64,000 nt of DNA from Candidatus Sphingobacterium stercorigallinarum (lineage in GTDB: Bacteria > Bacteroidota > Bacteroidia > Sphingobacteriales > Sphingobacteriaceae), in contig DXCW01000163.1 of NCBI GenBank assembly GCA_019115805.1, positions 900 through 64,899 of the forward strand, given 5' to 3'. This document shows positions 27,964 to 39,556 of this stretch, piece by piece. A model generated the notes under the pieces. It had not been told where the DNA came from. It ran no database searches and worked only from the letters and a program-made list of their open reading frames with translations. A program made the position numbers and the translations under genes. How positions within the stretch are numbered: the stretch's first letter is position 1; every line of letters begins with the position of its first letter.

Positions 27964-29148
27964 GTGCTGGAATCGGAAATCAAAAATAGGCGAATAGCCA
28001 ATCATTTCAGGAACTTTGAGCGTACCATAGCAGCTTATCGACCGGTAGAACCGTTTTCGAGATTTCTGACTAAATTTTACAAACAGAATCGGCAAATGGG
28101 TTCTTCCGATAGAAGAATGAATAGCCGTTATTGTTATAATTTTTTTCGTCTGGGTCATGGATTAGAGAACTTGAAACCTTTGGAAAGACTGTGTGTGGCC
28201 GAATTTCTTTGCGAGACCGACAGTCTTTTGATAGAAGATCTTAAGCCAGAATGGGCGGGACGTATTGCTGAAGATCTTTCTGCAAAACTGGTATTTATCG
28301 AATCCCTGTATGGTCCCTTTGCAGATCAGGTATTTCCTTCTTCGGTTGCACTATCCGTAGGCATCAATCGGCTCTCCTTTATTTCTTCTCATTTTATTCA
28401 GCCGGATCTTTTTATTCGAGTAAAACGCGGTCATGAGGCGAGCGTAGAGCAGGCGTTAGCTGTAATTAATTTATCTTTTCGGAAAGACGATAACCAAACC
28501 CTTGCACTACCAAATGGCAGCAAGTTACAAGAGCTGCAACACGTAGCCGGATCGTTCGAAGTGCAAGATCGCTCTTCACAACGCTCATTAGATGGATTAC
28601 ACGTGCCTGTTGGACAGTCTTGGTGGGACTGTTGTGCAGCGTCTGGCGGCAAATCACTGCTGCTATTGGACGAATATCCGGTAAGCGAATTATTGGTGTC
28701 AGACTCGCGTTTGAGTATCCTTAGAAATTTGGATGCACGATTTGAACAGGCAAAAGTCAGTCTGCCGTATCGGAAAAAGATATTGGATTTAAGTCAACCC
28801 ATTGCACACCTCATGCAAAATGATGCATTTGACGGAATTATTTTGGATGCGCCTTGTACGGGTTCGGGGACCTGGGGACGGACGCCGGAAATGTTAACGC
28901 AATTCAACCCCAGTATCTTGACCTCGTTTAATACCTTACAACGAGATATTGCGCGTCACGTGGTTCCATATTTGAAAAGCGGTGGAACGCTGGTGTATAT
29001 TACCTGTTCGGTATTCCTAGAGGAAAATGAAGCAGTCGCCGATTTTATAGAAAAAGAACTCGGCTTGATACCGTTACAGCAGCAGGTCATCGCGGGCTAC
29101 GCACAGCGAGCGGATACCATGTTTGTTGCCCAATTTAAAAAACCTTAA
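27964..29148 (+). CDS. RsmB/NOP2/Sun-family SAM-dependent RNA m5C methyltransferase
   Basis: DAPCTGSGTWGRTPE and YITCSV motifs (the two catalytic Cys motifs of the family). WWDCCAASGGKS is the SAM pocket. Confidence 0.75.
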   Translation: MLESEIKNRRIANHFRNFERTIAAYRPVEPFSRFLTKFYKQNRQMGSSDRRMNSRYCYNFFRLGHGLENLKPLERLCVAEFLCETDSLLIEDLKPEWAGRIAEDLSAKLVFIESLYGPFADQVFPSSVALSVGINRLSFISSHFIQPDLFIRVKRGHEASVEQALAVINLSFRKDDNQTLALPNGSKLQELQHVAGSFEVQDRSSQRSLDGLHVPVGQSWWDCCAASGGKSLLLLDEYPVSELLVSDSRLSILRNLDARFEQAKVSLPYRKKILDLSQPIAHLMQNDAFDGIILDAPCTGSGTWGRTPEMLTQFNPSILTSFNTLQRDIARHVVPYLKSGGTLVYITCSVFLEENEAVADFIEKELGLIPLQQQVIAGYAQRADTMFVAQFKKP

Positions 29149-29612
29149 TCGCAATTTAAAGGGATGACCAGTACGGGGCAAGTGGCTTTGCGAATCAGTG
29201 CCTCTGAAACACTTCCGGATAAGAAATGATCAAATCCCGTTCTTCCATTGGTACCCACTAGGATCAAATCCGCTGTCCATTCTTTCGCGACCTCTAGGAT
29301 TTCATCCCGTACATCACCCACTCGGCTAAACGTAAATATTTCGCTTGCCCCTTGAAACTCTTCTGCGAGTGCGTTGAGGAAGTCCTGCGATGCCTGATGT
29401 TGGATTTCAGGTACTTCGGGTACAATAATAGGTTGCTGGCCTAAGAGCGGGTCCACACCATACGAGGTAGGAGAGGTCGGGGGAACGACGGTGACTAACG
29501 CTAAGGCGGGTTGCCGTTCTTGAACAATTTCCTTGGCGTAATCGATCGCGCGTCGCGAACATGGTGTTTCGTCAATAGCGACGAGTATGCGGGAAAATCT
29601 TTTGGTATCCAT
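29145..29612 (-). CDS. Universal stress protein family
   Basis: 155 aa. RILVAIDETPCS ... DLILVGTNGRTGFDHFLSGSVSEALIRKATCPVLVIP is the typical UspA ATP-binding pattern. Confidence 0.8.
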   Translation of the reverse strand: MDTKRFSRILVAIDETPCSRRAIDYAKEIVQERQPALALVTVVPPTSPTSYGVDPLLGQQPIIVPEVPEIQHQASQDFLNALAEEFQGASEIFTFSRVGDVRDEILEVAKEWTADLILVGTNGRTGFDHFLSGSVSEALIRKATCPVLVIPLNCD

Positions 29613-29686
29613 GGCTATTTAGATATTTCTATTCCTAATTTACTAAAAACAATTAAATTCGCGGTATTGTTTTTTAACAACGTATT

Positions 29687-30451
29687 ATGAATTTGGCAAT
29701 TTGCACTCTTAGTTCCGTTTCGGTTCTTAAATCACCTGATTTGGATGCACCTCGGGTTTATGAATTACTTTTTGGCGAAACATTAGCGATAATTGATGTC
29801 CGAGCAGGTTGGTGTCAGGTACAGCTTCCCGATTTGGAGCAGTGTGGATGGATGATGGAGGGACAGTATCAACAGGTTACAGCGCCTATTGAAACTACAC
29901 AGATTGTCGATGAGAGCGGTGGCTACGCCGTTGCAGGCGAAGATACCACCATTGAATTGTTTTACGGTAGCCCGTTTCCAGAGCAGGGGGTATTGAAGAC
30001 CGATGCAGCGAACTATCGAATATTGGCGAGTCCTAAGTCGACCGATGGGTCCTTCGATGCTGAACGCGATCGGCAATTGTTGGAAGATTTTGTGGTGACC
30101 TATCTGCACGCGCCCTTTGCGTTTCGGGGGCGAACCAAACACGGGCTTGACGATATAGGACTATGTGATTTATTTTACCGACAGTTTGGGATAACTGTTT
30201 CCAACAATATGGAAACTATTTTATCGCTTGGTCAGCCAGTTGATTTCTTCTCGGAAATTCAGGATGGTGATCTTGCCTTTTTTGAGGATAAAGAGGGACG
30301 AATTGATCATCTAGGTATTGTGATTTCCGAACGCGAGGTCTTGCACGTCGTGGAGAAAGTGCGAATCGACTCACTGGACGATGAGGGAATTTTTAATCAA
30401 GAGAAAAAAATGTCCACGCACAAATTGCGTATTGTTAAACGGTTGTTTTAA
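29687..30451 (+). CDS. SH3b + NlpC/P60-like protein
   Basis: C-terminal YLHAPFAFRGRTKHGLDDIGLCDLFYRQFGI ... DGDLAFFEDKEGRIDHLGIV parallels YLG.PY.WGG....G.DCSGf...vy...Gi ... GDL.FF......HVGi. Confidence 0.6.
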   Translation: MNLAICTLSSVSVLKSPDLDAPRVYELLFGETLAIIDVRAGWCQVQLPDLEQCGWMMEGQYQQVTAPIETTQIVDESGGYAVAGEDTTIELFYGSPFPEQGVLKTDAANYRILASPKSTDGSFDAERDRQLLEDFVVTYLHAPFAFRGRTKHGLDDIGLCDLFYRQFGITVSNNMETILSLGQPVDFFSEIQDGDLAFFEDKEGRIDHLGIVISEREVLHVVEKVRIDSLDDEGIFNQEKKMSTHKLRIVKRLF

Positions 30452-30465
30452 GGAGCTGTCCATGT

Positions 30466-30502
30466 AAAAAACGGAGCTGGATAATCATCCAGCTCCGTTT
30501 TC
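30466..30502. terminator. Bidirectional terminator between convergent genes
   Basis: Perfect 11-bp stem cggagctggat / atccagctccg with loop aatc. Flanked by an A-run upstream and a T-run downstream. Confidence 0.7.
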
Positions 30503-30531
30503 TATTTATTGTACCTGATTGTATGCGTTGG

Positions 30532-31632
30532 TTACACGTTGAAGCGGAAATGCATGATGTCTCCATCGTCTACGACGTAGGTTTTTCCTTCTATCGACAG
30601 TTTGCCGGCTTCTTTGACAGCCGCCTCGGATCCATATTCTATAAAATCTTCATATTTGATGACCTCAGCTCGAATAAATCCTTTTTCAAAGTCGGTGTGG
30701 ATGACTCCAGCCGCCTGCGGGGCTGTATAGCCTCGTTCTATCGTCCACGCGCGTACTTCCTGGACACCCGCTGTAAAATAAGTAGAGAGATCCAAAAGAG
30801 AATAAGCGGCTCGAATGAGTTTGTTTACCCCGGATTCGTCTAAACCTAGATCATCCAAAAATAATTTTCGTTCCTCATAATCTTCCAACTGCGCAATCTC
30901 GGACTCGATTTGCGCCGAGATGACCAAGACTTTAGCATCTTCATCCGCGACAGCGGCTTTTACCTGATCGACATACGCGTTTCCGGATCCGACTGACTGC
31001 TCATCGACATTACAAACGTATAAAACGGGTTTAATGGTCAGGAGGGTCAAATCTTCAATAAATTCAAAATCGTCTTTTTCGATCGGTGCGGTGCGAGCCG
31101 ATTTTCCGGATTCCAAATGAGACTTGACTTTGGAGAGGATATCGAAGGTGCGTTTGGCGTCTTTATCGCCAGCCGTTTTTGCAATTTTTTCGACTTTTTG
31201 CAGTCTTTTTATAACCGTATCTAAGTCTTTTAATTGCAATTCAGTATCAATGATCTCTTTATCACGAATCGGATCCACTGATCCGTCGACGTGCACCACA
31301 TTGCCGTCGTCAAAACAGCGCAATACATGAATGATGGCATTGGTCGTCCGGATATTCCCTAAGAATTGATTGCCCAATCCTTCACCTTTTGAAGCGCCCT
31401 TTACTAGACCGGCTATATCCACTATTTCGATGGTGTTTGGGACAATCCGTTGGGGTTGTACGAGTTCTGCTAATTTAGTTAATCGCTCATCCGGTACCGT
31501 AATTACGCCAACGTTTGGCTCAATCGTACAAAACGGAAAATTTGCGGCTTGCGCCTTTGCGTTTGATAAACAATTGAATAAGGTCGATTTGCCCACATTC
31601 GGTAGGCCCACGATCCCACACTGTAATGCCAT
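30532..31632 (-). CDS. ychF: Ribosome-binding ATPase YchF
   Basis: MALQCGIVGLPNVGKSTLFN (G1), a TGS-like C-terminus and conserved ...DGDIMHFRFNV ending. Confidence 0.95.
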   Translation of the reverse strand: MALQCGIVGLPNVGKSTLFNCLSNAKAQAANFPFCTIEPNVGVITVPDERLTKLAELVQPQRIVPNTIEIVDIAGLVKGASKGEGLGNQFLGNIRTTNAIIHVLRCFDDGNVVHVDGSVDPIRDKEIIDTELQLKDLDTVIKRLQKVEKIAKTAGDKDAKRTFDILSKVKSHLESGKSARTAPIEKDDFEFIEDLTLLTIKPVLYVCNVDEQSVGSGNAYVDQVKAAVADEDAKVLVISAQIESEIAQLEDYEERKLFLDDLGLDESGVNKLIRAAYSLLDLSTYFTAGVQEVRAWTIERGYTAPQAAGVIHTDFEKGFIRAEVIKYEDFIEYGSEAAVKEAGKLSIEGKTYVVDDGDIMHFRFNV

Positions 31633-31896
31633 ATTTCTCTATAATTTAAACTCCAGCAAAGGTAATGGAAGTTTTGGAAAGTTTATACCTAGAAAGGAAA
31701 TTAGGCGATCCACCGAATTCGGTACCGCATTTTTTGAAGCATCTAGCCACCGAAGCGAGTTCCGGCTATACGATGTTAAAATTAAGGTGTTGGGAGCGAG
31801 TGCTGTAGCGATTCTTTTACAATAATTAACATTTATAAATTAATCCAGTTCGCCGAGTCAGAGTCAGACTCAGTAAGAACAGATTTTAAACCAAAC

Positions 31897-32391
31897 ATGG
31901 AGGTCATGATGAAAAAGTTATTTTGTGCCGCTGCAATTGTACTGGGGCTATTTGTTGCGCAGCGTGTCGATGCGCAGGTCAATGTAAACATTAATGTAGG
32001 CCTTCAACCCTCATGGGGCCCTTCAGGTTATAATTATGCTCGGTATTATTACCTGCCGGAGATGGATATCTACTACGATGTTGGGAATCGACATTACACT
32101 TACTACGATGGGCGTAGGTGGATTTCTCATCGCAATTTGCCTAAACGTTATCGCCACGTGAACTTACACCGCACCCATAAAGTGGTTATCAATGAATCCA
32201 GGCCTTGGCGAAATCATAAGATCTATCACAAAAAGTATGGCAAGCCCGCCATGCATCAGTCCAATAGACGATACCAGAAGGAAACTAAGAAATTCCATAA
32301 AGCGGTTCATAAACAACACAAAAAGGCCCAAAAAGCCAGAGCTAAACACGCAAAGAAGATGCATAAGCATTACGGTAAAGGACGTCGGTAA
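31897..32391 (+). CDS. Secreted basic (His/Lys-rich) protein, unknown function
   Basis: Signal peptide MMKKLFCAAAIVLGLFVAQRVDAQ (start may be 31906/31909). C-terminal K/H-rich tail. Confidence 0.4.
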   Translation: MEVMMKKLFCAAAIVLGLFVAQRVDAQVNVNINVGLQPSWGPSGYNYARYYYLPEMDIYYDVGNRHYTYYDGRRWISHRNLPKRYRHVNLHRTHKVVINESRPWRNHKIYHKKYGKPAMHQSNRRYQKETKKFHKAVHKQHKKAQKARAKHAKKMHKHYGKGRR

Positions 32392-32609
32392 AAAAGCGGC
32401 TACGATTACGGTAGCATTAAGACGAATGCAATGAGGGGGTGAACGGGGATTCATCCCCTCATCGCATTCTGTACTCCAGACAAGTCCTTTGAATAGAGCA
32501 AGATGATCGACGTCTTTAAGCCTGATCGGAATTTATCAGAAACAGCATCTAGCGACGATTTTATCATTAAATATGCTTATTTTTGAAAAAAAATAAGATC
32601 CAATATTCC

Positions 32610-33563
32610 ATGCCAAAAATTAGTCCCTTTTCCATTGTGGTTTATTTAAGCTGCGTACTCTCGGTATGTGCTTGTCAACCGACGGGATTCTCCGTAGCTG
32701 CTCATGAAACGGAGGAGGAGATAGCGATAGTAGAAGCAGAAGAGATCGAGGTGGTTAAGGATTCGATTTCATTGACCGCGCTTTGGGACTCCTTACAAAG
32801 GGGACAAATGGTCTTTGCCGTTGATTCTGTTGATCGGCTGAGCCCGAAAGAAGCGAAACAGCGGTTGAGAGATTCCATTATAACGGAATTGAATAAGCAT
32901 AAGAAGCATATTTATTTAACGTTTGACGACGGTCCACTCATCGGAAGTGCGTATATAGACTCCATTGTCACGGCTAAGGGTGTGAAAATGAGTGCTTTTT
33001 TAGTGGGTAAACACGCCCAGATGAGTAAGAAACTGAATCGGGATTTTCAACGCTATATGGACAACCCGTTAGTAGCCTGTTATAATCACAGTTATTCTCA
33101 CGCGGGGAATCGTTTCGATGCGTTTTATAGTAATCCGGATCTAGCTGTAGCGGATTTTGAAAAATGTGAACAGGACTTAGGCTTGAGCGAGAAAATTGCC
33201 CGTCTGCCTGGCAGAAATATTTGGTTATTCGATGAGGTGCGGCGCGTTGATTTGGCATCCGGTACACAAGCGGCCGATCTGCTGGCCGTCAATGGGTTTC
33301 GCATCTATGGTTGGGATGTCGAGTGGCGGATTAATGGATTGACTGGGGAGCCCGTACAAACGGTGGATGAAGTGTATACTCGAATTAACAACCGGCTGGG
33401 CAATAAATCTACCTTAATTCCCAATAACTTGGTGCTGCTGATGCATGACGATATGTTTCAAAGCCATCGAGGACAACAACAATTAATCGAATTGATCGAC
33501 TTGTTGCAGCGGCATGACGATTACGCATTTGAATTCATTGGCGATTACCCCTTCCGCTATTAG
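32610..33563 (+). CDS. Polysaccharide deacetylase (NodB homology) family lipoprotein
   Basis: HIYLTFDDGP motif and later H-containing blocks. The ATG at 32610 gives a lipoprotein-like signal ending VCAC. Confidence 0.7.
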   Translation: MPKISPFSIVVYLSCVLSVCACQPTGFSVAAHETEEEIAIVEAEEIEVVKDSISLTALWDSLQRGQMVFAVDSVDRLSPKEAKQRLRDSIITELNKHKKHIYLTFDDGPLIGSAYIDSIVTAKGVKMSAFLVGKHAQMSKKLNRDFQRYMDNPLVACYNHSYSHAGNRFDAFYSNPDLAVADFEKCEQDLGLSEKIARLPGRNIWLFDEVRRVDLASGTQAADLLAVNGFRIYGWDVEWRINGLTGEPVQTVDEVYTRINNRLGNKSTLIPNNLVLLMHDDMFQSHRGQQQLIELIDLLQRHDDYAFEFIGDYPFRY

Positions 33564-33618
33564 TTAGAGGAGTGATGAAGTGCAATAAACATTTTTTAAT
33601 AACAGTCGTTTATTTCAT

Positions 33619-35412
33619 ATGACCATAGCCGAGTTATTTAAGAAGGTACTCCCCTTTACCAAACCCTACTCCAAATTGATTTACTACACGTTACTGTTAA
33701 CGGTTGTGGGATCATTTGCCGCTCAGGTCAATGCTTTTATTTTAAAATATACCGTAGATCGTATCAGTGACCTTTTAATTAGTGGTCGGCCACTGGAAAC
33801 GGGCCTTTACTTATTGGGCATCATTACGGCCGTCTTATTGGGCAAGGAGATTATCTATTCTATTGTACAGTTCGGACAGAAATTTTATGGTGAAAAACTG
33901 CGCATCATGATCGCAAGAGATTTTTCCCAAGCCATCGTTGATCGTATATTAACCTACCGTATGGCTTTTTATACCTCTGCCAGTAATGAATCGGGTAAAC
34001 TGCAAACCCGAATTGATGCCGGTATCTCGTCGCTCACCAGACTCGTACAAAACTTTTTTATCGATATCCTTCCATTATTTGCCAACGCAATCGTCGCGCT
34101 GGTTTGTATGTTTTTAGCCAATTTCTACGTGGGGCTAATCGGCTTGTTAATTATACCGGTTTATTTTTATGTTTCGCAATTGCAAGCCCAGCGGCTTTCT
34201 GGGTTCCGCCGTAATATGCGTCGATATCGTGAGAATAAGAACAACCAACTGATCAATTTAATCGATTCGATTACGGTCATCAAATCGTTCGTTCGAGAAC
34301 GAACCGAGGCCAGCAGACACCGGCAGATACAGTATGATATGACCGAAAATCAGATGTCTACCCGTCGGACGTCTTTTCTTTTCGATAGCGTGAAGAATTT
34401 CATTGAGCAAATCGGGGTGGTATTCGTTATTATTCTGACGGCTTATTTCGTGCTCAGTGGCAATATGTCCATTGGGGCGATCATGTTTCATATCATGTTA
34501 TTTAACAACGTCTCGGCGCCTATACGGCAATTGCATAGAATCTATGACGAGGTGAACGATGCCCTGATTTACTCGGAAAGCTTTTTCGATATATTAGAGG
34601 CTGAAGATCAGCGCGAGCCCTCGGGGGACTACAAGCCCAACACCATACAGGGTAAGATTGAAATCAGAAACGTCAGTTTTAATTACCCAAATGGTCATGA
34701 AGCTTTAAAGAATATCAATCTTGTGATTCGGCCCAGTGAGCATACCGCATTGGTCGGTTTATCCGGCGCTGGAAAAAGCACCATCATTAATTTATTGGAT
34801 AAGCTGTACGAGCCTACAACAGGAGAGATTTTTTTGGACGGAGTGAACTTACAGGAATACCATACCGAGTTTTTGCGTGATCATATTGGTTTAGTGCTGC
34901 AAAAGAATCATATTTTCAAAGGAACTATTGCCGATAATATCCGTTACGGAAAAACCGGAGCGACCGACGAAGAGGTGATCCAAGCTGCGCAGAAAGCATA
35001 TATACACGAACAGATTATGGATTTAGAACGCGGCTATGAATCGGAAGCCCATTTGTTGTCGGGCGGACAGCAACAACGCATTGCGATCGCACGTATGTTT
35101 TTGAAGAATCCTCCAATTATTTTTCTTGATGAGCCCACTGCGAATTTGGACGCTATAGCAGCAGAACAGATCAAGGCAAGTTTGGATGCCATTAAGCTTG
35201 GGAGAACGGTTATTACGGTCTCGCATAGTATTTCACAAATTATCGATGCCGAGCATATTATAGTGATGGAAAAAGGACAGGTGGTGGAGGATGGTACGCA
35301 TGAAGATCTGTATCAGCAGCATGGAACTTACCACAAGATTTTTACAGCGATGGCCAGTAGTTTGAATTTGCAAAAAATTTCTGAATCGCTAAAAGAAAAC
35401 GAAAATCAATAA
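33619..35412 (+). CDS. ABC exporter, fused permease/ATPase (MsbA-like)
   Basis: N-terminal six-TM region. Walker A GLSGAGKST, signature LSGGQQQRIAIAR and Walker B IIFLDEPT. Confidence 0.9.
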   Translation: MTIAELFKKVLPFTKPYSKLIYYTLLLTVVGSFAAQVNAFILKYTVDRISDLLISGRPLETGLYLLGIITAVLLGKEIIYSIVQFGQKFYGEKLRIMIARDFSQAIVDRILTYRMAFYTSASNESGKLQTRIDAGISSLTRLVQNFFIDILPLFANAIVALVCMFLANFYVGLIGLLIIPVYFYVSQLQAQRLSGFRRNMRRYRENKNNQLINLIDSITVIKSFVRERTEASRHRQIQYDMTENQMSTRRTSFLFDSVKNFIEQIGVVFVIILTAYFVLSGNMSIGAIMFHIMLFNNVSAPIRQLHRIYDEVNDALIYSESFFDILEAEDQREPSGDYKPNTIQGKIEIRNVSFNYPNGHEALKNINLVIRPSEHTALVGLSGAGKSTIINLLDKLYEPTTGEIFLDGVNLQEYHTEFLRDHIGLVLQKNHIFKGTIADNIRYGKTGATDEEVIQAAQKAYIHEQIMDLERGYESEAHLLSGGQQQRIAIARMFLKNPPIIFLDEPTANLDAIAAEQIKASLDAIKLGRTVITVSHSISQIIDAEHIIVMEKGQVVEDGTHEDLYQQHGTYHKIFTAMASSLNLQKISESLKENENQ

Positions 35413-35470
35413 ATTAGGCGTGTTTTTTGCGTGGTTCTTCTCGTTTTATTAAGTCAAGATTTCCCGTATT

Positions 35471-36472
35471 ATGCTATACACCTTGTTAAGGGCTTTAATT
35501 AGAATGGGGCTAATTTGGTATGTTCCCGATAGACAGTTCACCCACATCACAAAGTCGAGGCCTAACGAGCCGACACTGATCGTATGTAATCATCCCAATT
35601 CATTTTTTGATGCGCTAGTCTTGGTGGCCTATCACCCTGGTGAAATGTGCTTTCTTACTCGCGGAGATTTATTTCGACGCCCGTTTTTAAACTGGCTGCT
35701 ACGAGCGCTGAATATGGTGCCTATCTATAAGCGATCAGATATAGATGAGGCGGACATTCGAAACGCATTTACTTATGACGAATGCGTAAGACATTTGAAA
35801 GAAGGGCGGCAGATCTTGATTTTTCCTGAAGGTGTATCTAGAAATCATAAAGGCCTACGCCCCTTGATGCCACGAGGTACTCGTGCACTGATTGATCGCG
35901 CTGTGGACTTTGATATACCGCTTCAAATTCAACCCTATGTGATCGGATACAGTTCCTTCGATTACGTTCCCAAAGGTATATATTTAGAGCGCCTGGAGAA
36001 AATAGATTGTACGGACTTTTTGGAGAACGGAACGGTTCGGACCCACACCATACTTCAGACCCTGAAGGCGCGCATGGAAGGGGCTATACCTCAAGAGTCG
36101 ATCACGCCGAGCACGCGTGCCACCGAAACGAAATCTTGGACAAAAAAATTTGCGAAAGCAGGGGAGTTTACCCACCGCTGGCTTTATCAGTTATTGCGCA
36201 ATACGATTGGTAAGAAAACAGAAGGGACGATCTTTTACGACTCGGTTATGTTCACGGCACTGATCTTTATATACCCCATGCTCGTTACGCTTCTCAGCAT
36301 CTTAATTTGGATACTTGTTGGATTCTGGTATGCGGTAATCGTTTTCACAATCCTACCGTTTTTGGCCTACTGTTGGATCAACAGTCGAGAAATAAAGATT
36401 CAGCACGACGATCTGCCTGACCGGTTGAACCATTTCCAGCCCGAAAATCAGCTAGAGAAAAAAGGCGGATAA
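35471..36472 (+). CDS. Lysophospholipid/glycerol-3-phosphate acyltransferase family (PlsC-like) with C-terminal TM segments
   Basis: HX4D motif CNHPNSFFDA, and an FPEG motif (IFPEGVSRN). Confidence 0.7.
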   Translation: MLYTLLRALIRMGLIWYVPDRQFTHITKSRPNEPTLIVCNHPNSFFDALVLVAYHPGEMCFLTRGDLFRRPFLNWLLRALNMVPIYKRSDIDEADIRNAFTYDECVRHLKEGRQILIFPEGVSRNHKGLRPLMPRGTRALIDRAVDFDIPLQIQPYVIGYSSFDYVPKGIYLERLEKIDCTDFLENGTVRTHTILQTLKARMEGAIPQESITPSTRATETKSWTKKFAKAGEFTHRWLYQLLRNTIGKKTEGTIFYDSVMFTALIFIYPMLVTLLSILIWILVGFWYAVIVFTILPFLAYCWINSREIKIQHDDLPDRLNHFQPENQLEKKGG

Positions 36473-36475
36473 ACC

Positions 36476-38398
36476 TTAGCCTTGTTCTTCCAGTTTCAAG
36501 ATTTCCTCAGCGAGCATTTCCCATTCTTCCTGAAGGTGGTTCAGGTCGGCTTTCTCACTGTTGTAATTGCGGGTATATTCTTGAAGTTTAAGCGCGTCTG
36601 AGAATACGGCCTCTGTCGCTAAGGCGGCTTCCAAAGCTTGGACTTGCTCGTCTTTCAAACTGATTTTTTCTTCTAATTGCGTGAGCGCTTTGGATTTTTG
36701 GCGGAGCAGTCGCAAGCGGTCCTCATTCGGTTTTTCTACGGGAGCAGCTGCGATCGTTGTTTCTTTGATCTTCTTGTTTTTCTTCTCGGGATTCGGTACT
36801 GTCCTTTTTGAACTCCATTCCTCATACTCCCGGTAATCGCCTGGATATTCTTTGATCGCTTTATCTTCGATGAACCAAATCTTGTTGGCTACCTGGTCCA
36901 GGAAATATCGATCGTGAGACACGACGATAAACGTTCCTTCATATTGTTGTAAGGCCTGGATTAATACGTTGACAGAGGCCATGTCTAAGTGATTCGTAGG
37001 CTCGTCGAGTACAAGGAAATTCGCATCTGCCGTCAATGCTTTAGCGAGCGCGACGCGTGACTTTTCCCCACCCGACAATACTTTTATCTTTTTAAAGACA
37101 TCGTCACCTGAAAATAGAAAACAACCTAAAATTGATCGAAGTTCGGTTTCGGTGTGTTGCGGTGCGAAGGCGATTAATTCCTGTATGATTGTGTTTTCAA
37201 GGTGTAAGGCTTCCAATTGGTGCTGGGCGAAGAAGGTCTGGGATACGTTATGCCCCTTTTTACAATCTCCACTAAAGTCCTTGTCGGCTTCTGCAACAAT
37301 ACGTAGGAGCGTCGACTTTCCTTTTCCATTGGCTCCGATCAGCGCAATTTTGTCGCCTTTTTCGATTAATCCATCCGTTTGTTCTAGGATTGATATGTTG
37401 GGGTATGCTTTCGATATATTTTCCAGCGTGACCACATGTCGGCCCGAGGGTTTGGAAAATTTGAAACTAAAATTGACTTGCGGATTATCGTCGTCTACAT
37501 CGTCGACCTTCTCCATTCGATCGAGTGCTTTGACACGAGATTGTACCATCTTCGCTTTGCTGGCTTTGGCACGGAATCGCTCGATCAATTTTTCTTCCTG
37601 TTTTATTTTAGCTTGCTGGTTCTTAAATTGGTTGCCTTGTATTTCTTCACGTAACGCTTTTTCTTCCAGATAAAAGCTATAGTTTCCACTGTACAAGGTG
37701 AGTTTGCCCTTACGGGATTCTACCGTTTTGTTGATGATGCGGTCAAGAAAATAGCGGTCATGGGACACAATTACAATAGCACCTTCAAACGACTGTAGGT
37801 AATTTTCTAACCATTTAATGGAGGGTAAGTCAAGGTGGTTGGTCGGCTCATCGAGCAGTAAAATATCGGGAGCCTGTAATAAGATGCGCGCCAGCATAAC
37901 GCGCATTCTCCATCCCCCTGAGAAGGTGGCAAGCGGGCGTTGTTGCTCGTCTTCTGAAAAGCCCAGACCGGCTAAAATTTCGTGAGCGCGAAATTCGATG
38001 TTGTACCCATCCAGCGCTTCAAACTCCATTTGTTTGTCGCTTAATTTATTGAGTATATCATCGGAATAATCGGTTTCCAGCTTCTTCAGCAAGACGTTGA
38101 TCTCTTCGTGTAACTGATTTTGTCGCTCAAAGGCTTCCATAGCGACATGCAGTATCGATTTATCTGAATGATACGACAGTAGGTCTTGATTTAAATAGCC
38201 AATCTTTAAATCCTTAGCCATCGAAATCGTACCACTGGTGGGAGAGTAGTCACCTACAATAAGCTTCAGTAATGTAGATTTACCTGTCCCGTTCGCGCCA
38301 ATCAAGCCGATTTTATCGCCCGGTTTAATGTGCCAATTTGCGTCGTCGTAAAGGGCGCGGGCCCCGATCTCGAAAGTTAAGTTGTTTATAGATATCAT
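36476..38398 (-). CDS. ABC-F family ATPase (two ABC domains, no TM)
   Basis: Two Walker A sites ([18 protein letters not shown]), two signatures ([18 protein letters not shown]) and a charged C-terminal coiled coil. I prefer the start at MISINNLTF (38398). Confidence 0.9.
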   Translation of the reverse strand: MISINNLTFEIGARALYDDANWHIKPGDKIGLIGANGTGKSTLLKLIVGDYSPTSGTISMAKDLKIGYLNQDLLSYHSDKSILHVAMEAFERQNQLHEEINVLLKKLETDYSDDILNKLSDKQMEFEALDGYNIEFRAHEILAGLGFSEDEQQRPLATFSGGWRMRVMLARILLQAPDILLLDEPTNHLDLPSIKWLENYLQSFEGAIVIVSHDRYFLDRIINKTVESRKGKLTLYSGNYSFYLEEKALREEIQGNQFKNQQAKIKQEEKLIERFRAKASKAKMVQSRVKALDRMEKVDDVDDDNPQVNFSFKFSKPSGRHVVTLENISKAYPNISILEQTDGLIEKGDKIALIGANGKGKSTLLRIVAEADKDFSGDCKKGHNVSQTFFAQHQLEALHLENTIIQELIAFAPQHTETELRSILGCFLFSGDDVFKKIKVLSGGEKSRVALAKALTADANFLVLDEPTNHLDMASVNVLIQALQQYEGTFIVVSHDRYFLDQVANKIWFIEDKAIKEYPGDYREYEEWSSKRTVPNPEKKNKKIKETTIAAAPVEKPNEDRLRLLRQKSKALTQLEEKISLKDEQVQALEAALATEAVFSDALKLQEYTRNYNSEKADLNHLQEEWEMLAEEILKLEEQG

Positions 38399-38451
38399 AT
38401 TCGGGTGCAAAAGTAATGAATATTTCTGCATCTTTGGGTAAATTTGCGCTC

Positions 38452-39495
38452 ATGTATAAGCTCGTTAAACCATTTTTCTTTTCGATGGGACCGGAAAAGG
38501 CCCATCATACCGTTACCTCTGGGCTTCGGTTTTTTAATAAACTATGGGGATCCAAGGCGCTCTTGAAGAGCTGTTTCGTGCTGGAGGACGCTATATTGGA
38601 AACCGAAGTGTTTGGATTAAAGTTTAAAAATCCAGTGGGGCTGGCGGCCGGATTCGATAAGAATGCGGAATATGTGGATGACATGGCCAGACTGGGCTTC
38701 GGATTTATCGAGATTGGTACGGTTACCCCCAAACCTCAACCCGGGAATGATAAACCTAGGATGTTCCGTTTGGTTGAAGATGAAGCCGTCATTAATCGAA
38801 TGGGGTTTAACAATCAAGGCGCTGATGTTGCTGCAGGACGGCTAAAGTTTTTTAAAGAACGTCATGGACTCATTATCGGTGGAAATATCGGTAAGAACAA
38901 GACCACTGCAAATGAACGTGCGGTAGATGACTACCGTTACTGTTTTTTGGCGCTTTTTGATCACGTGGATTATTTTGTGGTGAATGTCAGCTCGCCCAAT
39001 ACGCCAGGATTACGTGATCTACAAGAAAAGGAACCGCTTACCGAACTATTGAATAGTTTACAAATTTTAAATCAAGAAAAGGATAAGCCAAAACCCATTT
39101 TGTTAAAAATTGCTCCCGATCTGGAATGGTCCCAGTTGGATGATATCGTTGATATCGTCAAGGAAACTGGAATTGACGGAGTGATTGCCACGAACACCAC
39201 CATTTCCCGTGATGGATTGAAAAGTAATGCAGACTTGGTTCAACAGGCGGGTGGAGTGAGTGGAAAACCACTAACTGACCGGTCAACCGAGGTTATCCGT
39301 TATTTGTCCACCAAGTCAGGAGGCGCGTTCCCTATCATCGGAGTCGGGGGAATTCATTCTCCTCAGGATGCGCTAGACAAGCTTAATGCGGGAGCTAGTC
39401 TCTTGCAGCTCTATACCGGATTTATATATGAGGGACCGGCACTGATTTCGAAAATTTGTAAGGCGGTGATTAAACAGCGCCGCCAGCTCACCTAA
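38452..39495 (+). CDS. pyrD: Dihydroorotate dehydrogenase (quinone), class 2
   Basis: [32 protein letters not shown] and GVGGI motifs. N-terminal membrane-association helix. Confidence 0.93.
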   Translation: MYKLVKPFFFSMGPEKAHHTVTSGLRFFNKLWGSKALLKSCFVLEDAILETEVFGLKFKNPVGLAAGFDKNAEYVDDMARLGFGFIEIGTVTPKPQPGNDKPRMFRLVEDEAVINRMGFNNQGADVAAGRLKFFKERHGLIIGGNIGKNKTTANERAVDDYRYCFLALFDHVDYFVVNVSSPNTPGLRDLQEKEPLTELLNSLQILNQEKDKPKPILLKIAPDLEWSQLDDIVDIVKETGIDGVIATNTTISRDGLKSNADLVQQAGGVSGKPLTDRSTEVIRYLSTKSGGAFPIIGVGGIHSPQDALDKLNAGASLLQLYTGFIYEGPALISKICKAVIKQRRQLT

Positions 39496-39556
39496 ATAAA
39501 GAAGGCTACTTGTTGATGTTTGCTCAGCAAGTAGCCTTCGAAAATGAAGGGAATTT

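Noticed and set aside
30523-30843. 106-aa plus-strand ORF, and similar ORFs at 31124-31825 and 37152-37673
   Set aside because: They are antisense to the highly conserved ychF and ABC-F genes.
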